Assembly (NCBI GenBank): GCA_030390025.1
Contig: CM059431.1
Coordinates: 152,398,001 to 152,462,000, forward strand
DNA from: Squalus acanthias
Lineage: Eukaryota
Direction of reading: 5' to 3'
DNA: 64,000 nucleotides
Under the pieces are notes generated by a model, which searched no databases, had not been told where the DNA came from, and worked only from the letters and a program-made list of their open reading frames with translations. Positions 50,050 to 62,119 of the stretch are shown piece after piece. A program made the position numbers and the translations under genes. Within the stretch, counting starts at the first letter, position 1. Each line of letters opens with the position of its first letter.

Positions 50050-50448
50050 TTTTTTCCTCCACCACTCCCAGATACGGTTCCTCCCAGATACCTGCCAGCC
50101 GCAGTCACTGATAGTCAGCCCAGCCACTGATAGTTAGCTATCCAAATGTGCTCCCGCCAGGTTTCACAATCGTGTTTCAGGACAGGCGTGCTTCATGGAG
50201 AATAAGGGTTAAAATCACAAAGGCCTTTCAAAATGGCAATATACAGCCAATTTAATGCTTGTTAAGAGCCTTAACAGCCTATCCCATCCCTTAGAGGCGG
50301 GACGGAGTCGGGACCAGCAGACACAATTTAATGAAAATTGCGTAGAGGCGGGATGGAGGCGGACTTGTGCCCCCCCCGCCAGTTTTCGCAATTTTAACCC
50401 CCCACACAACTCCAAACCCGCCTCCACGGGTCAATGAAAATCCAACCC
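49768..50448 (+). mobile_element. Short non-autonomous relative of the Harbinger family; left end missing
   Basis: 49770-49950 is homologous to 50480-50650; right TIR AAAATCCAACCC. Confidence 0.7.
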
Positions 50449-50459
50449 ATAGAGTCATA

Positions 50460-53400
50460 GGGCTGGATTTTGATTCAGGGGCGGGCTTGGGTTGTGTAAT
50501 CTGCATTTCGTGTTATCCACCCGATTCTAAATCGATGTCGGAGATTGATGAGAATTACCATAATTGGCCATTTGAGTTTCAACGTGTGGGAACCCATGGC
50601 CAGTGAGTTTTTCCAGTCTGAAAGTCGCTTCCGATGGCGTCATCATTGCTGCAGCATTTAAGATCTGCAACAAGCCTTGCTTCCTCTGCAGACTGCCAAG
50701 CTTCTGCCTTTGCATGTTAGAGGCACCTGCAGGAAGAATGGCCAGCCAGAGACCTAGGTCTGCACCTCGATTTGATGACGTCGCCCTGCAAGCTTTACTT
50801 GAGTGAGCCAGAGCTAATAAGGAGGTGCTCTTCCCTTCTTCAGGAGGAAGAAGCCTTCCCATCAAACCAAGGCTGTGTGGATCCAGGTGGCAGAGGAGGT
50901 CAACTCGTTGTCCATAACCCGCAGAACCTGGCTTCAGTGCAGGAAGAGGTTTCATGACCTGCTGCACACTGGAAAAGTGAGTATGAATTTCCCATCACCC
51001 TCATTCTGATCCCCATTGCCTCTCCTCACCAGCACTCAGCTTTGAGAACCTCTTCCTCCACATCCCACTTGACACTGACATCCCTGCGCCCTTACCCATT
51101 CCCTCGCTCTTTATGGTCACATTCACCTAACTATTCGACTATGCAGCCCTCACACTCCCTATCGCTGTGATTCTATGAAAACAACTTACAACACACAGGA
51201 AGGGCACATGGTCTTGCCACCTCACTTCGAATTTATCTCCTTCTAACCATCAATGATATAGATTCTCTACACTCCTTCATTCTCACTCAAACTCCACTTG
51301 TCTCCCTCATTGCAGGAAAAGAGAGCTCACAATAAGAGGGAAAGAGCGAGGACAGGAGGAGGGCCACCCTCAGTAGCCCAGCTCACCACCTGGGAGGAGG
51401 CGGTCCTGGAGATCATGGGAGTGGAGGAGGATGCGCAAGTGGGGGACGGACAGATGGGTGCATCAGAGCAAGCTGGTGACAGAATAGTTTATCATCTCTC
51501 TCATTGACATTGCATGTGTCACTGATAATGATTCTGATGCTCCAGCAGACTGACTTATGATCATCTGCAATATGCAATGTGCATGTAACCTTGGACTCAC
51601 ATCTCTGACTTTTTCCTTTACTCCCCCCCAGGATCATCACGAGCAGCCGTCCCCACCGTCCAGGTGGAAGAGCATGAGCCTCACCACTCCTCAGAGGAAG
51701 CTGCAACCTCTGAGGGTGCTGCATCAGCAGAAATCAGCGCACCCAGCATCAGCGCAGACACTCACACCTCGGAGGGAACATCGCGAGATAGAGTAGTGTT
51801 GTCACGTGGTGTATGACAGCTCACAAGTGAGCATCAGCAGATAGTGGAGACAGGGACAGCAGTGGAGAGTCCTAGTAGCAGGACTCTCCTAGCTCGGGTC
51901 AGCTGCATGTCGACCCTCTGCCTCTGTGTCCATCCATAAGATCAGCGTCGCTGGAACTCCAGGAACAGATGCAGGAGTCTCTGGCAGGTTTTGTCTCCAG
52001 GGTCGCTGCGAGTGTGGAGCGAATGGAGGAGTCCATAGCAAACATGAGCAGAGCCTTTGTGGAGTCATTGGCGCATGAACGCATCACCATGGAAAGGATG
52101 GCAACCTCCGTGGAAAGGATGGCTACAGTAGAGGAGAAGATGGCTACGGCTATGGAGGAGAAAAGTCGCCAGAGTGTAGAACACATGGTCATTGGTCAGA
52201 ATAGACTGGCATCTCTTGAGGAGCGATTGCCATCTATTGAACACAGAAACCAGACCTTCATGGAAGTCCTTCTGAGTAGGATTTCCAGTGCAGATACGGG
52301 TCCCCATGGCCCCCCTGATGTGCAACAATGTGCTCTCAATCCACTTACAAGAGCTGAGGTGGGGCTGACGCATGAGAGGGATATTTGTGGCAGACAAAAA
52401 GGAAATGGGGGCTTCACTCCAATTGCTCACACGACCAAGCCACTGCAAAGCCCTCGGTCAGAGCCCCACCAGACTCCTCACCCAACTGAGATCGGCGTCT
52501 CAACCCCTTTACAGCCACAGCTGCAGCAGACTGTTGCCGAACCCTCACAGGCTGGCAACCCCAGAGGACGCCCGCAAAAGGTGTCGAGCCAGGAGCAGCA
52601 AGAAAGTGCGCAAGGTGCCTCCACATCTGCTGAAGCTACAGGGGAAGCACCACGTAGGAGCACGCGTAAAATAAAAATAATGCACAAGTAGTCACAAGGG
52701 TAGTCACTTGTGTGTAATGTTGTATTTATCCTTGAAATGCCAGCACTTGCTTGGCGTGATTAAAAATTCTGCTGGCAAACTGCTGAATTTGTGACGTCTG
52801 TCATTTCGCAAATGGGACTTCCACATTGAGGGCTTAGGATGACTTGCAATTGTCAGTATGGTGGTCAGAGTAATAGGAATCCGCATGTTCCTGGCCATTG
52901 TCGATGGTCTGATAAGAAGGTGCGAGGCAAAAGTGTTTGATTGTGCAAACTAAGCAAATCTGGTCAAGTGTGTCCCTTGCATCTCGGGCAGCAATGTGGT
53001 CGCGCGCTGGCGCCTTCTGGTCTGTGCAGCTTCAGGTGGATGAGGAACAGCTTGGCACTCCTGTTGATGCTGCTGCTGCTGCTGGTGATGCTATTGTTTA
53101 ATGTTCTGCTGTTGCCACGGCTGGTCTTCGTCCGAATCTGATGTCCAGGAGGAAAGGAAATAAATGGATCCCATGATTCTCGTATAAGCCTCAGTTGAGG
53201 AAGCGAGAGGGGTTTCGCAGGAGGTCACACTGGAGATGGGTGTCAGGCTCCAAACTTCCACAAAAATGGGTATGCCTACTAAAAGTTCCTCCAGACCTGA
53301 GACAACAAAGTTCTGCCACCTGCAAATGATGATTGCTGAAAACTCCTTTTTAATGGTGGAGCTGCAGCTGTTAGTAACAGTCCACTTGTGAGGCCGCCAG

Positions 53401-53675
53401 CTTCTAGAGGAGACGTGGAGGATCGTGGGAAAAGTGGGAAAATCAGAAAGGCCTCTCAAAATGGGATTAGAAATGCACTTAACTGGTTGTTAAGGGCCTT
53501 AAGGGCCTATCCCGTCTGTTGGAGTCGGGATGGAAACGGGGTCAGAAAACACGCCTTTGGGAAAATTGCTCGGAGGCGGGCTGGAGGCGGGCTCGGTCCC
53601 GCCCGCCATTTTTTGCGATTTTACCACCTCACACGCCTTCAATCCCGCCTCCTCGGGCCTGGCACAATCGAGCCC
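50460..53675 (+). mobile_element. Longer copy of the same Harbinger-type family: 3-exon Myb/SANT gene (+) and a convergent transposase remnant (-)
   Basis: TIRs GGGCTGGATTTT / ACAATCGAGCCC; exons 50738-50976 (TGA and a 1-bp deletion), 51316-51475, 51632-52691; minus-strand remnant 52950-53174. Confidence 0.85.
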
Positions 53676-55799
53676 AATGTTTTCACTTGTGGGGAAGAGC
53701 ATAACTGGAGGCCTTCAATATAAGAGAGTCAACAAGAAATCCAATAGGGAATTCAGAAGTAACTTTTTTACCCAAAGCGTGGTGAGAATGTGGAACTCGC
53801 TACCACAGGGAGAGGTTGTAGCGAATAGTATAGATAGATGCATTTAAGGGGAGGCTAGACAAGCATAGGAGGGAGAATCGAATAGAGGGTTATGCTGATA
53901 GATTTAGATGGGGAAAGACGGGAGGAGGTTCAAGTGGAGCATAAACACCGGCATGGACTGGTTGGGCCGAATGGTCTGTCTCTGTGCCGTGTATCCGATG
54001 TAATCCTGTGAAATCCATTCAAGACATAGTCAGTCACGGTGACATCACCACTACATGAAATGATTAATGTGGCTCTGGAGAGAGTAATGTGTAAAACAAA
54101 TGGGTAGAGATCTGCAGAAGAGAAAAGATTGTGATAGATATATGATGCTGATGTGATATTGCTTAGAGTTGGCCTTAAGTAATCTAGCGCAAACGAAGGG
54201 GAGATTGTAGGGAAAGGGTTAATCAGACTGTACTAAAGTCTGCTAATATTATACTGTATTGGTTTATCTCTCTATTGTAGTAATGTTAATCTTTAGCCAG
54301 TTCCTGTTTAGTTAGAAGTATAAGTCATTTAAAATTCCCCTGCAGCAATGGTCAGTCTCAGGATGCAGCAATTAGAGATTTAATTAAACACATGCCATTG
54401 CAAACTGATTCAAAAATTTCAGAGAACTTTAATCATTTGCTGCAATGTTGGAAGACAGTTAGATCTACAAAGGAAAACATCGGGGCATACATCATCATTT
54501 TAATTGGCAGAATGATCCAAAAACTAAGGCAGATTTATAATTAACGGTTTCACTTGTTAGAATTGAAATGTTTGGATCAAGAGTGCAACTATCGATAAGG
54601 TAACGGCTCTGAGGTAATTACACTTATAATTCCACCAGACAAGGAGATCGTTAATAAGGAAACCTGTTCCTATTGATCAAGGATAAGTCGATGAAAGTCT
54701 CCTTATATGGAGTTACATTTTAACTTTCATATAGTTATATAATGCAACATTGTGTGGATGTTCAATGAGAAGCAGTGGACCAATGTAGTATAACTGGCTG
54801 TTTGTACTGAGTATTCCGATTCCTGAATGTCCTAAGGTACTGAGCTCAGAAATGTAAGACGTCTCAATCCCTAACCAACCATCATCAGCTGTGGTTGTAA
54901 GTAATACATTTTACGTGTATGTGTCAGTACTATTGCAGATACTGTGGGCTCAATAAACCTATGAAATCTCAGTCCAAGTTTCAAGAACTTCATTGAAAAC
55001 TTTACTCTAACAACAGCCTCAGTACTTTAATTTTCAATGGGCTTCATTTATTAACTGTGATTAAGTGCCCTCTTTACCCGTAACTCACGTTCCACTTTAT
55101 GCTGACGTTCCCCAAACAAACAAACTCCACATAGTTTAAGGTCCCCGGGGAGCCCAGGCTCTGCTACTCCGGCCCGCATCCAGCTCTGGGTGAAGTGACG
55201 GTGAGTTGCGGGCCGTTTTGCGTAATAGGCACATTCTCATTTAACTGTATTCAGACGACCAACAGTATTTAAGCCAAGGGTCAGGCAGCAGGCACAGGTT
55301 TTAATGCCGTCAGTCAGCGATGTATCTGCACCCAGCCACAATCGTGAGCAGGCGATGTGTAATCAACCACATCATCCAAATTCAACAGATAAAGCAGAAA
55401 GCAAAGGCATGCGAAAGTTAACCATTGCATTACCGTGTCAAATTCAAATCAATATAGTTGTGATTCCTCGCCCCTGTTTCTAATTGAATAGTTGTTGTGT
55501 TTCCTTGAGTCCCTCTATTTATAATTAAATAATTACCATGTGTCCCTGATATTGTCATCTCCTCTATTTCTAAATAAACCTTTGCTGTGTTCCCCTCAAT
55601 TCCCATAGGCATCAAACATGCCCGACGGCCCGTCAGACAGCCAGCAGACACACGTTCCTTAAACACAGAGCGAGAGAGAGCAACCCTGACTGAAGCTCAG
55701 CGACAGACACAGGCTGTTGACTGACATCACACAGACTGCAGGCTGACGTCACACAGACTGACGTCACACTAGACCCTGCCTCAGTTATTACTGCACTAG

Positions 55800-56500
55800 A
55801 CATAAGAACATAAGAAATAAGAGCAGGAGTAGGCCATACGGCCCCTCGAGCCTGCTCCGCCATTCAATAAGATCATGGCTGATCGTCGACCTCAACTCCA
55901 CTTTCCCGCCCGATCTCCATATCCCTTGATTCCCCTAGAGTCCAAAAATCTATCGATCTGAGCCTTGAATATATTCAAAGACTCAGCATTCACAGCCCTC
56001 TGGGGCAGAGAATTCCAAATATTCCCTACCCTCTGAGTGAATAACTTCCTCCTCATCTCAGTCTTAAATAGCCTACCCCTTATTCTGAGACATGCCCCCT
56101 AGTTCTAGACACTCCTGCCAGGGGAAACAACCTCTCAACAACGACCCTGTCAATCCACTTCAGAATCGTGTATGTTTCCATGAGATGACCTCTCATTCTT
56201 CGAAACTCCAGACAGTATAGGCCCATTCTGCACAATCTCTCATCATAGGACCGCCCTCTCATCTCAGGTATCAATCTAGTGAACCTTCTTTGCACCGTAT
56301 CCAAGGCATATATATCCTTCCGTAGATAAGGAGACCAAAACTATGCACACTACTCCAGGTGTGGTCTCACCAAGGCCCTGTACAATTGTAGCAAGACTTC
56401 CTTAATCTTATTCTCCAAACCCCTTGCAGTAAAGGCCAACATGCCATTTGGCTTCCTTCTTGCTTGCTGTACCTGCGTGCTAGCATTCTGTGTTTCCTGC
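55800..56500 (-). mobile_element. CR1 3' fragment inside a short tandem array
   Basis: VQRRFTRLIP..EFRRMRG; (CATAAGAA)n tail. Confidence 0.88.
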
Positions 56501-57204
56501 ACGACCCTGTCTCTATTTATGTTGCACTAGGCCTGTCTCAGTTATTAATGCACAGGACCCAGTCTCTTTTTATATTACTCTAGGCCCTGTCTCAGTTATT
56601 ACTGCACAGGACCCAGTCTCTTTTTATATTACACTAGACCCTGTCTCTGCTTATATTACACTAGGCGCTGTCTCTGTTTATATTATTCTTGGCCCTGTCT
56701 CAGTTATTACTGCACTACAACAGGTCTCTGTTTATATTGCATAAGGTCGCTCTACCTCAGTCAGGCTGTGTTTAATGAGCCCTCACATTGTCAATTTGTG
56801 TTACAGATACACGGGATAAGGTGACATTATAATGGGGTATAGTCAGCACAACCCTAATTAAACTGTTCCCTTCCCGTGACACTATATTTATTAATACACA
56901 CCTGGATCTTTCTCTCTCTCTCTGTTGGTTTCTTCCTGTATTACTCATTGTATTTGGTCTCACCTTTATGCATCTCCCGCTGTTGGTGTCTCTCGATGTC
57001 ACTCACTGTATTTAGTGTCACCTTTATCTATCTCCCTTTGTTGGTGTCTTTCTGTGTCTTTCACTGCATTCAGTATCACATTTATCTATCACTGTGTCGT
57101 TCTCTCTCTGTTTCGCTCAATGTATTCAGTGACACATTTATCTATTTCCCTGTGGTGGTGACTCTCTCTATTATTCACTTGCCTCACTCATAGCTGTATC
57201 AGGT

Positions 57205-57660
57205 ACAGGTACATTTCTCAGATCTTTAATTGATACGTACAGACAAGCAGAGGGCTGATCCATCGTGGGGGGACTCACTCACCTGCTCAGGTTTATTGCG
57301 CAGATCTTTATTCATCGAGAGCAGATGAGCACTGGGCTGATCCAGCGTGGAGGGCGGGGGGGGGGGGGGGAGGCTCACACACCTGCACAGGTACATTGCT
57401 CAGTTCTTTAACCATTGAGAGAAGATGGGCACTGGGCTGATCCACCGTGGAGGATGGGGGGGGGGCTCACTCAACTGCACAGGTACATTGCTCAGATCTT
57501 TAACCATTGAGAGAAGATGGGCATTGGGCTGATCCAACATTTTGGGCATCACTCACTTGCACAGGTACATTGCTCAGATCTTCAACCATTGAGTACAGAT
57601 GATCAATTGGCTGATCTCCGTGGGGGGCCTCACTCACCTGCACAGATAACATTCTCAGAC
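57205..57660 (+). repeat. Degenerate tandem repeat of roughly 80-100 bp
   Basis: Recurring CACCTGCACAGGTACATTGCTCAGATCTTTAACCATTGAG..GGGCTGATCCA. Confidence 0.8.
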
Positions 57661-58304
57661 TTTCCTTTCATTCCATAACTTCCATTGTTCTTTTTCAGAA
57701 GTTTCTTTGTTTTAGTTCAACAACAACTTATATTTATAAAGCGCGTTTACCGTAATAAAACGTCCCAAGGCGCTTCACAGGAGTTTGAAAAAAAAACTAA
57801 ATTGGACACCGAGCCAAATAAGGAGATGTTAGGGCAGATAAACACATTCGTGGTCGAAGAGGTAGTCTTTAAGGAGCGTCTAAAGTAGGAAAGGGAAGTG
57901 GAGAGGCAGAGAGATTTAGGTGAGGGAATTGCACAGCTTCGGACCTCGGCGACTGAAAGGCAGGACCGCCAGGGGCGGAGCATTTAAAATCGGGGATGTT
58001 CAAAAGGCTAGAATAGGCGGAGCACAGAGATCTAAGGGGATAATAGAGCTGGAGAAGATTACAGAGATAAGGAGGGGCGAGGCCACGGAGGGGTTTGAAA
58101 ATAAGTTTGAGAATTTTAAAATCGAGGCGTTACTTAACTGGTAGCCAATGTAGGTCATCAAGCTTTAACATGTTTTTTTCTGTTACCTGTCTGGATTTTT
58201 TAAACCTCTCTTTCCGATTACTTTCCCCCATCGGCTGTGATTTTTCTTTTGCTCTTTCTCCCCATCTCCCCCGTTCCCTTAACAATCCCCAGATTGCACC
58301 AGAG

Positions 58305-59222
58305 CACCATTTCAAAATTTGCAGGTGACACAAAACTAGAAAGTATAGTCAACAGTGAGGAAGATAGTGATAGACTTCAAGAGGAGATGGACAGGCCGGT
58401 GGAATGGAGGACACGTGGCAGATGAAATTTAACGTCGAAAATTGTGAAGTGAGACATTTTGATAGGAGGAACGAGGTGAGGCCAAATAAACTAAAGTGTA
58501 CAATTCTAAAGGGAGTGCATGAATACAGAAGACCTGGGGCTATATGTACACAAATCGATGAGGGTGGCAGGGCATTTTGAGAAAGTGGTTAAAAAAGCAT
58601 ACGGGCTCCTGGGCTTCATAAATAGAGGCATAGAGTGCAAAAGCAAGGAAGTTGTGATGAACCTTTATAAAACACTGGTTCAGCCTCAACTGGAGTATTG
58701 TGTCCAATTCAGCGCACAACACTTTAGGAAGGATGTGAAGGCCTTAGAGAGGGTGCTGAAAAGTTTTACAGAAATGGTTCAAGGGATGAGGGACTTCAGT
58801 TATGTGGATAGATTAAAGACGCTGTTTTTGTTCTCCTTGGAGCAGAGAAGGTTGACAGGAGATTTGATAGAGGTGCTCGACAGAGTATGAGTGTCTAGAC
58901 GGAGTAGGCAAAGATAAACTGTTTCCAATGGCGGAAGGGTGGAGAACCAGAGGACACAGATTGAAGTTGATTGCCAGAAAAACAAAAGGCGTCATGAGGA
59001 AGAACATTTTTTTACGCAGCAAGAGGTTAGGATCTGGAATGCACTGCTTGAGAGGGTAGTGGAAGCAGTTTCAATCGTGACGCGCAAAAGGGAATTGGAT
59101 AAGTGCCTGAAGGATAAGAAATTGCAGGGCTACGGCGGAAGTGCTGTTGCATAGAGCCGGCATGGGCTCGACAGGCCGAATAGACTCCTTCTCTGCTGTA
59201 ACCATTCCATGATTCTATGATT
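58305..59222 (+). mobile_element. Older CR1 3' fragment
   Basis: ISKFAGDTKL, LVQPQLEYCVQF; (ATTCTATG)-type tail. Confidence 0.85.
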
Positions 59223-59234
59223 CCCCGTCCTCTG

Positions 59235-60200
59235 GTGACACCGTGCAGTCTGTAGGATGTGTGACATCAATCTGCAGTATGTCTTACGTCATTCTACACC
59301 CTGTGTGACGTCTGACTGACGTCTATATGACGTCAGTCTGCAGTCTGTGTGATGTCAGTATGCAATCCGTATGACGTCATTCTGCAGTCTGTGTGGCGGA
59401 ATTCTGCAGTCAGTATGGCGGAATTTTGCAGTCTTTGTGACTCTGTCTGCAATCTGTGTGACGCTGTCTGCATTGTGTGTGACGACAGTTTGCAGTCTGT
59501 GTGACGTCAGTCTGCAGTATGTGCGACGTCAGTTTACAGTCTGTGTGGCGGAATTCTGCAGTCTGTGTGGCGGAATTTTGCAGTCTGTGTGACTCTGTTT
59601 GCGTTCTGTTTGACGTCAGTCTGCAGTCAGTGTGACGTAATTCTGCAGTCTGTTTGACTCTGCCTGTGTTCTGTGTGACATCAGTCTGCTGTCTGTGTGA
59701 CGCTGTCTGCAGTCTGTGTGACGCTCCCTGCAGTCTGTGTGACGTCATTTTGCAGTCCGTGTGAAGTCAGTCGGCAGTCTGTGCGACTGTCTGGCGTCTC
59801 TGTGACGTCATTCTACAATCTGTGTGACTCTGCCTGCTGCCTGTGTGACGTCATTCTACATTCTGTGGAGCGTCTGTCTGCAGACTGTTTGACGTCAATC
59901 TGCAGTCAGTGTGACGCAATGCTGGCATCTGTGTGATTTAAGTCTGCAGTCTGAGTGACTCTGTCTGCATTCTGTGTCACACTGTCTGCATTTATGTGAC
60001 GTCAGTTTGCAGTCTGTGTGACTCTGCAGTCTGTGTGACATCAGTCTGCAGCCTGTGCGATTCTGTCTGCAGTCTGTGTGACTCTGTCTGCAATCTGTAT
60101 GACGACAGACTGTTTGACGTCAGTCTGCAGTCTCTGTGAGGTCGGTCTGCAGTCTGTGTGACGTCAGTCTGCAGTCTGTGTGACGCCAGTCTCTGTGTGT
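59235..60200 (+). repeat. About 22-bp degenerate minisatellite rich in TGACGTCA
   Basis: Unit TGTGTGACGTCAGTCTGCAGTC. Confidence 0.9.
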
Positions 60201-61029
60201 CATTGAGCTTCAGTCAGCGTCAGTCTCTCTCCCTCTGTGTTTGTTGGCTGTCTGACGTGCCGTCGGCCATGTTTCTGTGACGTGCTTTCGGCCATGTTTG
60301 ACTGCGCCTTCTCACGATTGTAGCTGGGTGCAGATACATCGCTGGATGACGGAATTAAAACCCCAACCTGCTGCCTGACTCTTGGCATAAATAGTGTTCG
60401 TCTAAAACTACTTAAATGAGAATCAACTTACTTCTCAGACCCGCCAGCAACTCATCACCACTTCCCCAGAAGCTGGATGCGAGCCGGATTTGCAGAGCAG
60501 GGGCTCCGGGGGCCTGAAACCAAGTGAAGTTTGTTTGTTTTCAGAAGGTCAGCATAAAGTGGAACGTGAACGGGTGACGCGTCAAGGGGCACTTTATCAC
60601 AAATTATATATGAACACCACGGACTATTAAAGTACTCAGGCTATTGTTAGAGTAAAGTTTTCAATAAGGTTTTTGAAAATTGATGTGAGGTGTCATAGGT
60701 TTATTGAGCACACAGTCCTTGCAATAGTACTTAAACATACAGTTGAAAGTTGTAGCGATACCTAATGATGGTTGCTTGGTGATTAAAACGTCTTACAGTT
60801 TTCAGCTCAGTATCTTAAGCTTTTAAGAATCAGAATACTCAGTACAAAGAGCCAATTTGATTACAATTTGTCTCACTCCCTCTCTGTGACCAAACCAACA
60901 CAATGATGCATTATATAACGTTATGATAGTTCAAATATAACTCCATATATGGAGACTTTCATCGACTTATCCTTGATCAATAAGGGTAGTTCTCCTTGCG
61001 TAACGATCACTTTGTCGGGTGGGCTTTGA

Positions 61030-61550
61030 AGCGAAATTCCCTCTTCCCAATCCCGCATCATTTCCTCTGAGGTCCCCGAAGGATGTATTCTTGCTCCCCT
61101 CCTATTTCTCAACTCTCTGCTGCCCCTTGGCGACATCATCCGAAACCACGGCGTCAGTTTCCACATATACGCTGACGACACCCAGCTCTACCTCACAACC
61201 TTTTCTCTCGTCCCCTCCACCGTCTCTAAATTGTCAGACTGTTTGTCCGACATCCAGTACTGGATGAGTAGAAATTGTCTCCACTTAAATATTGGGAATA
61301 CCGAAGCCATTGTCTTCAGTCCCCTCCACAAACTCCGTTCCATAGTCACCGACTCCATCCCTCTCCCTAGCATCTGTCTGAGGCTGAAACAGACTGTTCG
61401 CAACCTTCGTTTCATATTTGACCCTGCATGAGCTTGCAACCACATATCAGCGGCATAAGACCGCCTATTTCCACCTCCATAACATTGCCCGTCTCCGGCC
61501 CTGCCTCAGCTCATCTGCTGCTGAAACCCTCATCCATGCCTTTGCTCCTT
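61030..61550 (+). mobile_element. L2 LINE RT fragment
   Basis: [47 protein letters not shown]. Confidence 0.85.
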
Positions 61551-62119
61551 CCCTGCTTAACAGGCCGTGGCTACATATTAAAATTAAAGCTATAGAACGA
61601 TAAACCAATACAGTATAACATTAGCACACTTTAGGCAGTCTGATTAACTATTTTCTTACAATACCCCACCTTTGGCATTAGATTACTGAAGGCTAAACCT
61701 AAAAAAATCTCATCAGCATCATATATCTATCTCGATCTATTCTCTTCTGCAGATCTCTACCGATTTGCTTTACACATTACTCTCTCCAGAGCCACATTGA
61801 GAACTTCTTGTAGTGCTGACTCAAGCGTGACTGGCCATGTCTTGGACCCATTCTTTACGGAATCTTCATCATGCACATCGCATGCTGGTCTCTCATTCAC
61901 GGGCAACACTTCACTTCAGCACACACAGCGATAACCCAAGATCAGGCAGCAGGAGGCATCCGATACAAGCCATCCCTGCCATTTCTGGCTATCTACACAA
62001 AGCTGGGAGAGGTGGTAGTGGTTCTGTCGATGTTTGGATAGAATCTCACTCTGCATGGTTTCGATGTTTCTTGTAATGGCAAAGCTATCAAGTACATTCC
62101 TCTAATTGCTCAGTACCAG

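Larger units (their letters stand above)
54012..61851. repeat. Diverged inverted duplication: arms about 54012-55790 and 60180-61851
   Basis: For example 54068-54155 versus the reverse complement of 61710-61800; 54640-54745 versus 60900-61020; 54820-55200 versus 60460-60850. Confidence 0.85.

Noticed and set aside
51969..52691. 240-aa ORF as an independent host gene
   Set aside because: It is the last exon of the Myb gene inside the TIR-bounded element
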